DNA from: Nitrospirota bacterium | Lineage (GTDB): Bacteria > Nitrospirota > Thermodesulfovibrionia > Thermodesulfovibrionales > UBA6898 | Length of the DNA stretch: 32,000 bases | Assembly: GCA_021825365.1 (NCBI GenBank) | Contig: JAKAHR010000002.1 | Location: 121,639-153,638 of the forward strand | Direction: 5' to 3' | Part shown: piece by piece, positions 18,663 to 25,258 of the stretch | How the letters are laid out: each line of letters begins with the position of its first letter | How positions within the stretch are numbered: the first letter of the stretch is position 1 | The notes under the pieces: generated by a model | What the model was told of the DNA's origin: nothing | What the model saw: only the letters and a program-made list of their open reading frames with translations | Database searches by the model: none | Program-made: the position numbers and the translations under genes

Positions 18663-19188
18663 GCATACAATCGATTTTGACGAGATTCAAAAGGCGATGG
18701 AAGACACCGGTAGAGATGCCTTTGACTACTTCCTCGATACCTCCACCGGTGACGTTGTCATCCTCTCCGAGGATATTATCAGCAGGGCAAGGGAACTGCT
18801 ATCCCACCATCTTGACGACGACACTGACAACTACGAGGAGGTGGAGTTCGACGAGGAGACTGACCTTCCCGAATGGATGGAAGATGAAATAGACCTGGCG
18901 CTTGATATCTTCCTGTACGAAAAAGACCGGTATGCGAGAATCCCCGAGCGGGACCCTCGGGACTGCTACACAGCTATGACGGAATTCTCCGCACAGGTGG
19001 CCAACCCTTCCTTACGCAGCCGCCTCCTTTCAGTCCTGGACGGACAGGGTGCCTTCAGGAAATTCAAAGACGCCCTGGCGCCTTTCCCTTCAGAAAGAAA
19101 ACAATGGTACAGTTTTAACGCAAAAAGCATGCGGAATGAGATAGCCGGCTGGCTCTCCGGTGTACTGAAGACTGAAGGGGGATCCTAG
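18655..19188 (+). CDS. UPF0158-family protein
   Basis: The track ORF starts at 18340, inside the previous gene. I place the start at GTG 18655 (alternative ATG 18697). Acidic middle region; C-terminal GAFRKFKDAL....W..F motif typical of UPF0158. Confidence 0.6.
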   Translation: MDKHTIDFDEIQKAMEDTGRDAFDYFLDTSTGDVVILSEDIISRARELLSHHLDDDTDNYEEVEFDEETDLPEWMEDEIDLALDIFLYEKDRYARIPERDPRDCYTAMTEFSAQVANPSLRSRLLSVLDGQGAFRKFKDALAPFPSERKQWYSFNAKSMRNEIAGWLSGVLKTEGGS

Positions 19189-19901
19189 GACCGCTGCGGG
19201 GTGTTTCCAGAAATGAAATTCATCAGGCTATTGATGTCTTCCTCGGGGATATCCAGAAATTTTACACCGTAGAGTGAACTGCCGGAGGCGAGTTTCGGCT
19301 GTCTCCGGATAATCTCCGCGTCAAGCATTAACCGCTTCCTGCTCTTTGGATCAACAAAGGATATCCCCACCTTCTGCTTCATCAGAAATTCGGCGCTGCA
19401 CTCGAAGGCCATACCCGTCTTGCTGAAATCCAGAGACTTTCCGGTATATTTGATGTTGCTGCCGTCCGGCCGGATATTTACCAGTATCTCAAAGACCCTT
19501 CGCAACGATCTCCGCTGAAGACTCATCACCTTTGCAACAAAAGCGCCTCTGTCAACCGGGGTGCGGAAAACAATTTCCCCATCCGCACCATCCCCTCGTG
19601 CAGGAAGCTCCGGAACCTCAGGCGGCAGAATCGATATGAGGGGCACTTTAGAAAAAGAGGGGCTGATCTTCAGGGAAGAAAGGTCGTTTGCGTAGTGTCT
19701 CCCATTTGCATACAAGACAATCACATCCGGCTCATCCTTCGCCTTCAGGGCATCGGCTACCGAGCCGAAAGTGACGCACTGAGAGCCCTTGTCCATTAGA
19801 TATGCCCTGATCGTCTTCAGTCCGCCGGGGAATGTTTCCACAAGAAATACTTTTTCCACAAGCGCTATTCTACCATAAAGAACCGCACCACAAGGAAACA
19901 A
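19185..19901 (-). CDS. PilZ-domain protein with degenerate receiver-like N-terminal domain
   Basis: 238 aa. The PilZ c-di-GMP motifs are RRSLRR, then about 25 residues later DFSKTGMAF. The N-terminal half has a CheY-like beta-alpha pattern but lacks the acidic pocket and phospho-acceptor Asp. Start uncertain: TTG 19901 or GTG 19859. Confidence 0.65.
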   Translation of the reverse strand: MFPCGAVLYGRIALVEKVFLVETFPGGLKTIRAYLMDKGSQCVTFGSVADALKAKDEPDVIVLYANGRHYANDLSSLKISPSFSKVPLISILPPEVPELPARGDGADGEIVFRTPVDRGAFVAKVMSLQRRSLRRVFEILVNIRPDGSNIKYTGKSLDFSKTGMAFECSAEFLMKQKVGISFVDPKSRKRLMLDAEIIRRQPKLASGSSLYGVKFLDIPEEDINSLMNFISGNTPQRS

Positions 19902-19982
19902 AAAATCGGCAGCAACATGCTGGTTTTCTTATTATTTCGAAATATCAGACAGAAGAAATAACACTCAGCAGGCCATACGGGG

Positions 19983-20528
19983 CTAGAGCTCTGACACCTC
20001 GCGAAGCACCTGAGGGTTTCGCGTGAGGACCCGCCTGCACGCCTTACAAAACTCCTTTGACTTGTGGTCCGTGTCGCTGAGGTTGTATGAGAAGAACATG
20101 ACACACTGCCGCTGGCTGCAGTGCGAGAGCCCAAGAAGGTGTCCGACCTCATGGACCGCAGTCTTGACAGCCCTTCCGATAACCCCTCTGCCGGCCGGCT
20201 TTCTCTCATCACCCTGGCCGAAGCGGGCTATGGAGATAATGGCAGCCGGATATTCACGATCAGCAAGACCGAATACATAATTCAGTCCTGGATACGAGAG
20301 ATCGACATCTGTAATCGCAACTGTCAGCCCCGGCCCTTTCGCCAACGAGCGGAGACATTTCAGCAGATGCGCCGCAAAGTATTGCCTGCCCGGAGACTCT
20401 TTCGCGAATCCCTCAATAGAGGCGGTCGGCGCCACGGTAACAGGGAAACCCAAGAGCGAACCCGTCTCCTCCGCAACCGTTGAAACAATATCGATATCGA
20501 TGTTCCCAAGAGGCACTACCCGTATCAT
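19983..20528 (-). CDS. amzA: Archaemetzincin-like zinc metallopeptidase (peptidase M54)
   Basis: HEVGHLLGLSHCSQRQCVM....CKAC fits the archaemetzincin signature HExxHxxGxxxCxxxxCxM...CxxC. Start set at ATG 20528 (MIRVVPLGN, GGAG just upstream) rather than track position 20627. Confidence 0.75.
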   Translation of the reverse strand: MIRVVPLGNIDIDIVSTVAEETGSLLGFPVTVAPTASIEGFAKESPGRQYFAAHLLKCLRSLAKGPGLTVAITDVDLSYPGLNYVFGLADREYPAAIISIARFGQGDERKPAGRGVIGRAVKTAVHEVGHLLGLSHCSQRQCVMFFSYNLSDTDHKSKEFCKACRRVLTRNPQVLREVSEL

Positions 20529-20644
20529 CGTCTCCGGGACGTCTCGCCTCATCATCGCCGTACCTGTGCTCACGAAATATGGAGAGGCAAATCCCGTGCC
20601 TGCCAAAAGGGGCCTTCCTCCCCCCATAGCCGCCTGACGTTATT

Positions 20645-20671
20645 TCATATTGAAATGCCATTTCAATATGA
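20645..20671. promoter_or_regulatory. 27-bp perfect palindrome, candidate operator for the NtrC-type regulator
   Basis: TCATATTGAAATG-C-CATTTCAATATGA has 13-bp arms. The half-site CATTTCAAWATGA is the same as in the inverted repeat at 24784-24820. It lies in the intergenic region about 100 nt upstream of yeeE. Confidence 0.55.
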
Positions 20672-20750
20672 GAGAATTCATAAGCATATCCACCGGGGAA
20701 ATTCACTCGAAACAAAACGCCGGAGTTGGCTTTATCGCCTTCTAAAACCG

Positions 20751-20756
20751 TATAAT
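20751..20756 (+). promoter_or_regulatory. Possible -10 element (TATAAT) of the yeeE-tusA-kinase-regulator operon
   Basis: A perfect TATAAT ends 16 nt before the yeeE ATG. The only -35-like hexamer (TTGGCT, 20726-20731) sits at a suboptimal 19-nt spacing. Confidence 0.3.
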
Positions 20757-20772
20757 AATTTCGAGGCGCTTC

Positions 20773-21897
20773 ATGTATCCGGAGATTGTTCTTACCCATC
20801 TTCTGTTTGGCATCGGACTCGGCGTTGTCATGCATCGGTCGGATTTCTGCATGGCCGGGGCATTCCGCGATATCTTCATCACCCGCGATTTTTTCCGGAT
20901 GAGGGCTGTCATCCTCCTGGTTTCCGTGACCTCCGTACTGCTATACCTGGCCCGCACTGCCGGCCTCGTGGACTCTTACCCGCCATCCTTCTATTCCTCC
21001 CCCTCGCTCGCCCATCTTGCGGGAGGCGTCATCTTCGGCATCGGCATGGTCCTTGCTGGCGGTTGTGTTATGGGAACCCTCTATAAAGCGGGAGCTGGAA
21101 ACCTTGTCAGTCTGTGCGCCTTTTCAGGACTCCTTCTCGGCAGCCTGCTCTTCGCCTGGGCATATCCGCTGCACCGCTCCTTTGTCGAGGCGACTACCCT
21201 GCCCGGCGGATTTACCGCCATGGAACACCTGACCGGAGCCCCGGGGCTGTCCGCATTACTTATCGTCTCGATATCCATCCTGTACCTCTTCAGGGGAAAA
21301 GAGCGTCCTGCCTGGACGAGTAATGCCTTTGCCAGGGGTTATCTCGACCCCTGGAAGGCGGCGCTTATCGTCTGCGCGATCATCATCCTATCCTTTACCC
21401 TGACCGGCCGCCCTCTCGCGCTTACGTCAGGGTACTCAAGACTTGCCTCGTGTCTTGCAGAAAGGTTGCTGCCCGAAGCCGTCACCCTTCCCTCCGCCAG
21501 AAGCGACTCTGTTCGTCTCCTCTATGGGATGGCCATGGACCCGGAGAGCCTGTCAGGGACTGACCCTGTGGTGCTCACGCAGGTACCCCTGATCTTCGGA
21601 ATTGTCATCGGCGCCTTTCTTTCCGCCCTGAGGCTGGGGGAGATCACCGCCCGCCCGGCGCCTCCCCGAAGGCAGCTCCTTTCCGGTTTCGCTGGCGGCA
21701 TCCTCCTCGCATGCGGTTCTCTGATGGCAGGCGGCTGCAATGTCTGGCATATCATGGGAGGACTGCCGCTTTTCGTATTTCAGAGCGTCCTCTTCGTCTG
21801 CGGCATGGGGTTCGGCGCATATGTCGGAAGCCGCCTGCTGCTCACAACGGTCCTTCAAGTTGAGAGGTGTGCCCCACATGGAAACCATAGCTATTGA
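20773..21897 (+). CDS. yeeE: YeeE/YedE-family sulfur-compound transporter
   Basis: 374 aa, polytopic. The Cys-containing motifs of the sulphur-transport domain are HRSDFCMAGAFRDIF, GMVLAGGCVMGTLYKAG and GSLMAGGCNVWHIMGG. Confidence 0.85.
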   Translation: MYPEIVLTHLLFGIGLGVVMHRSDFCMAGAFRDIFITRDFFRMRAVILLVSVTSVLLYLARTAGLVDSYPPSFYSSPSLAHLAGGVIFGIGMVLAGGCVMGTLYKAGAGNLVSLCAFSGLLLGSLLFAWAYPLHRSFVEATTLPGGFTAMEHLTGAPGLSALLIVSISILYLFRGKERPAWTSNAFARGYLDPWKAALIVCAIIILSFTLTGRPLALTSGYSRLASCLAERLLPEAVTLPSARSDSVRLLYGMAMDPESLSGTDPVVLTQVPLIFGIVIGAFLSALRLGEITARPAPPRRQLLSGFAGGILLACGSLMAGGCNVWHIMGGLPLFVFQSVLFVCGMGFGAYVGSRLLLTTVLQVERCAPHGNHSY

Positions 21898-22117
21898 TAT
21901 CAGGGGGCAGATCTGCCCCGCCTGTCTGCTGATTACTCTACGGGAAATCAACACCCACAAGACGGTCCTGAGGGACGGCAAGGCGCGCCTCGTCATAAAA
22001 ACCGATCACCGCGACGCCACAAGGACAATACCCTCCACGGTCTGCGCCATGGGGTACGATATCAATGTTACAGGCCGGAAGGGTTACTACGAGATCACGA
22101 TCGGGTACCGGAAATGA
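21878..22117 (+). CDS. tusA: TusA/SirA-family sulfur carrier (variant CPAC motif)
   Basis: 79 aa from ATG 21878 (METIAIDIRGQICPACLL...). This is the D.RG..CP motif of the TusA fold. It overlaps the yeeE end by 20 nt and the kinase start by ATGA. Confidence 0.75.
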   Translation: METIAIDIRGQICPACLLITLREINTHKTVLRDGKARLVIKTDHRDATRTIPSTVCAMGYDINVTGRKGYYEITIGYRK

Positions 22118-23403
22118 GAAAGATCGCTCCCCTCCGTATCAACAATATCGATGAACTCCAGAAGAGCAATGAGACGCTGAAGCGTTACATCCGGGAAAAG
22201 GTGAACCAGTTGCTCTCGATGATGGGCACGAGGCCGCTTGATCCCGCCGAGCTTGACGACAGTACGCTGCTTGACATCGATCCGATCGGCATCATAGCCG
22301 ACGCCTTCGGCCAGGTCCTCGAACACCTCGAGGAGACTAACAGGAAATTGATCAACACCAAGGATCAGTTGCAGGCCGTCTTCGAGACCGCAGGGGTCTG
22401 CATCTCGATCGTCGACCCTGACCTCAGGATCATCAGCTGCAATGAGAAGCAGCGGGAATTGCTCGTCTCCGATCTCAACGAGAAGGAATTTGTCGGCCGC
22501 TATTGCTACGAGGTCTATTGCGGTAACGATTCTCCGGCCCTCTACTGTCCGGCGATCGAGACGATCGAGACAGGGAAACCGGTCTTCATCAGGGAAATCA
22601 AGAAGAAAGGCAGGTATTTCCAGATCGTCACCTCCCCCCTGAAAAACCGCGACGGCACCCTCAAAGGCGTCGTCGAGGTCTCGATCGACGTGACGGAAAA
22701 GAAGAGGGCTGAAGAGGGCATGCGGCAGGCCGAAAAATTGTCAGCCATCGGCCTGCTCGGAGCCGGCGTTGCCCATGAGATCAATACACCCCTTGGTAAT
22801 ATCCTCGGCTATGCCAAAATGCTGCTAAAGGAGCAGGACCTCAGCGACCACCATAAGGAAAAATTGCAGGTCATCGTCGAACAGGCGAAAAAGGGCAGCG
22901 AGATCATCAGGGGACTTCTCAATTTTTCCCGTCAGTCAAAGCCTTCCCTTGCCACCATTTCGATGAACGATATGGTCAACAAAGTGCTCCTGGAGCTTTC
23001 GACCCAAATCGAGCGACAGGGGATAACCACCAGAAAAAACCTCCGGCCGATACCCCTCGTCGAGGCTGACCCCCTGCAGATAGAGCAGGTGCTCAGCAAT
23101 CTGGTGCTGAATGCGCTCCACGCCCTTGCCCGGACCCCGGAGGGGACCATCATCGTTGAGACACAGCGTACCGGCGCCTTTGTGGAGACGCGGATTGTCG
23201 ATAACGGCCCCGGCATATCCGACACCCTGCTCCCCCTGATATTCGATCCCTTCTTCACGACCAAGCCCGTGGGCGAAGGAGTCGGCCTCGGCCTTTCCAT
23301 CTGCTCGGGAATCATCAGGGACCATGGCGGCACCATACAGGCGGAGTCCGACCCCCGGGGAAAGACGGTCTTTTCTTTCCTCCTGCCCGTCAGATCCCCA
23401 TGA
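22114..23403 (+). CDS. Soluble PAS-domain sensor histidine kinase (NtrB/AtoS type)
   Basis: 429 aa with no hydrophobic TM segment. Coiled N-terminus and a PAS-like region carrying five Cys (including RYCYEVYCGNDSPALYCP). H box AHEINTPLGNILGY; ATPase G boxes DNGPGI and GVGLGLSI. Confidence 0.9.
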   Translation: MRKIAPLRINNIDELQKSNETLKRYIREKVNQLLSMMGTRPLDPAELDDSTLLDIDPIGIIADAFGQVLEHLEETNRKLINTKDQLQAVFETAGVCISIVDPDLRIISCNEKQRELLVSDLNEKEFVGRYCYEVYCGNDSPALYCPAIETIETGKPVFIREIKKKGRYFQIVTSPLKNRDGTLKGVVEVSIDVTEKKRAEEGMRQAEKLSAIGLLGAGVAHEINTPLGNILGYAKMLLKEQDLSDHHKEKLQVIVEQAKKGSEIIRGLLNFSRQSKPSLATISMNDMVNKVLLELSTQIERQGITTRKNLRPIPLVEADPLQIEQVLSNLVLNALHALARTPEGTIIVETQRTGAFVETRIVDNGPGISDTLLPLIFDPFFTTKPVGEGVGLGLSICSGIIRDHGGTIQAESDPRGKTVFSFLLPVRSP

Positions 23404-24779
23404 CAAAAATTGATCTTTCTCCTGAGGCGACTCCGCTGGCCCATCTGCTTATCGTCGAAGACGACTACCGCATGAGACTTCTCATGAAGCAGCTTCTCGA
23501 AAAAGAGGGGTATGCCACAACGGTCACGGAAGACGGCCGGGATGCCGTATCCCTGATCAAGGAGCGCTTCTTTGATATCGTCCTCACTGACCTCAAGATG
23601 CCCCATCTTGACGGCATGGAGGTACTCAGCGTCTCCCGGGAAGTCAATCCGGACACCCCCGTAATCGTCACGACCGGATATGCAACCGTGGACTCGGCGG
23701 TTGAGGCGATGAAGAAGGGCGCCTATGATTACGTGCAGAAGCCGTTCGATCCCGACGAACTCCTCCTCGTCGTGAAGCGCGCCCTCGACTACCGAAGGCT
23801 GATCGACGAGAATATCCGGCTGTCGGTAGCCCTTGAGAGTTGCTCTGGAGAAGAATTCGTGGGAATGAGCAACGGGGCTGTCAAGACGCGAAAATTCGCG
23901 GAGAGAGTCGCGCCGTTTGATTCAACGGTATTGATCCAGGGCGAGACCGGCTCGGGCAAGGAACTTGTCGCACGGCTGATCCATCGGCTCAGCAGAAGGG
24001 CGTCTCATAAATTTCTCGCGGTAAACTGTGCCGCCCTGACAGAATCCCTCCTGGAGGCTGAACTCTTTGGCTATGAGAAGGGCGCCTTTACCGGTGCGAC
24101 CCAGATGAAACGGGGGCTTTTTGAGGCCTCGGACGGCGGCACGCTGTTCCTCGACGAGATCAACAACTCCTCGGCATCGATGCAGATGAAACTCCTCCGA
24201 GTACTGCAGGACGGCCGGATCATCCGGGTGGGAGGGGTCGAACCGATAGACATCAATGTCCGTGTCATCGCAGCCTCGAATGCTGACCTGAAGTCCGAGA
24301 GCGAAGAAGGACGATTCAGGAAGGACCTCTTCTACCGCATCAATGTGGTCATGATCGATATCCCCCCCCTGAGAGGCCGCCGCGACGATATCCCTCTCCT
24401 GGCGACTCATTTCCTGGACAAGTACTCCCGCAAGTTCGCGAAGGAAATTAAGGGCTTCAGTCCGGAGGTGATGAAGATCCTCGCTGACTATCCCTGGCCC
24501 GGCAATGTCCGCGAACTCGAGAATGCGATCGAGCACGCGGTCATCATGGCGAAATCGCAAAAAAGCATATCAGCCGAATCTCTCCCTGAAGAGGTCAGAA
24601 AGAAGAAGCAGGGTGCTCTACCCCCTCCTTTCGCGGCCGTTCGTCTCGATGAGGTCGAAAAATCACTCATAGAGCAGGCGATGCTCACCTTCAACGGCCA
24701 GAAGGCGAAGGCTGCAGAGGCCCTCGGCATCAGCTCTTCGACCCTCTGGAGGAAACTGAAAAAATACCGGCTTGAATGA
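23400..24779 (+). CDS. Sigma-54-dependent response regulator (NtrC family bEBP)
   Basis: 459 aa. Receiver domain (LLIVEDD...VLTDLKMP). AAA+ domain with GETGSGKE, the GAFTGA sigma-54 contact loop and DEIN Walker B. C-terminal Fis-type HTH (AAEALGISSSTLWRKLKKY). Confidence 0.95.
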   Translation: MTKIDLSPEATPLAHLLIVEDDYRMRLLMKQLLEKEGYATTVTEDGRDAVSLIKERFFDIVLTDLKMPHLDGMEVLSVSREVNPDTPVIVTTGYATVDSAVEAMKKGAYDYVQKPFDPDELLLVVKRALDYRRLIDENIRLSVALESCSGEEFVGMSNGAVKTRKFAERVAPFDSTVLIQGETGSGKELVARLIHRLSRRASHKFLAVNCAALTESLLEAELFGYEKGAFTGATQMKRGLFEASDGGTLFLDEINNSSASMQMKLLRVLQDGRIIRVGGVEPIDINVRVIAASNADLKSESEEGRFRKDLFYRINVVMIDIPPLRGRRDDIPLLATHFLDKYSRKFAKEIKGFSPEVMKILADYPWPGNVRELENAIEHAVIMAKSQKSISAESLPEEVRKKKQGALPPPFAAVRLDEVEKSLIEQAMLTFNGQKAKAAEALGISSSTLWRKLKKYRLE

Positions 24780-24783
24780 TCGT

Positions 24784-24820
24784 GCATTTCAAAATGACAA
24801 ACCAACTCATTTTGAAATGC
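24784..24820. promoter_or_regulatory. Upstream activator sequence candidate: 14-bp perfect inverted repeat
   Basis: GCATTTCAAAATGA-N9-TCATTTTGAAATGC starts 5 nt after the regulator stop. It lies about 165-200 nt upstream of the sigma-54 promoter, the usual bEBP enhancer distance. It is AT-rich and has no trailing T-tract, so it is unlikely to be a terminator. Confidence 0.6.
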
Positions 24821-24984
24821 GCAACCGCCGGTGCTGACTCCGGACTGACCGCGCAACACTTCACCGCCTCAACAACCCCGAAAACCAGTCTCCGCGCCAT
24901 TCCATAAGCCATTACGCTGATTTCCCAGGCAGCCGCCTCTGTAGTTATGTGCGCATTCCATCCCGCCGCGACCATTGCGCTCAC

Positions 24985-25000
24985 TGGCACCCATCTTGCT
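24985..25000 (+). promoter_or_regulatory. Sigma-54 (-24/-12) promoter
   Basis: TGGCAC-CCATC-TTGCT is an exact match to TGGCAC-N5-TTGCW. It lies 75 nt upstream of the first ATG of the downstream operon and directly downstream of a sigma-54 activator gene. Confidence 0.85.
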
Positions 25001-25074
25001 CAATTACGAAAAGAACCATGCCCATCGCCTCCCTCAGGCGGCGATGGGCGAACTACCAAAGAAAGGAGAAGACA

Positions 25075-25254
25075 ATGTCGATAGAAGGAAAAGGCGGACT
25101 TACCTTGCCCTGGCTCTGGGTGGCTGTCGTGATCGCCTATCTCGCCTTTGGCTTCATGCTGCCCCCCTTCGATAGCCACCTGAAGGAGCTGGCAAAGGCC
25201 AAAGCTGCACCCGCGGCCGATCAGAGCGGGAAGGGCGACGAAATTGTCTTTTGA
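25075..25254 (+). CDS. Small single-pass membrane protein (59 aa), unknown family
   Basis: ATG 25075 is preceded by AAAGGAG (25061-25067). MSIEGKGGLTLPWLWVAVVIAYLAFGFMLPPF is one TM helix, followed by a charged and Ala-rich tail. First gene after the sigma-54 promoter. Confidence 0.6.
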   Translation: MSIEGKGGLTLPWLWVAVVIAYLAFGFMLPPFDSHLKELAKAKAAPAADQSGKGDEIVF

Positions 25255-25258
25255 CCGC

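Noticed and set aside
20726-20740. TTGGC...GC sigma-54-like element upstream of yeeE
   Set aside because: The GG-to-GC spacing is three nucleotides too short for a -24/-12 promoter. A TATAAT 11 nt downstream fits a sigma-70 promoter better.
24949-25074. N-terminal extension of the small-protein ORF across the sigma-54 promoter
   Set aside because: It would place the promoter and the 5' UTR hairpin inside the coding sequence. A proper SD precedes ATG 25075.
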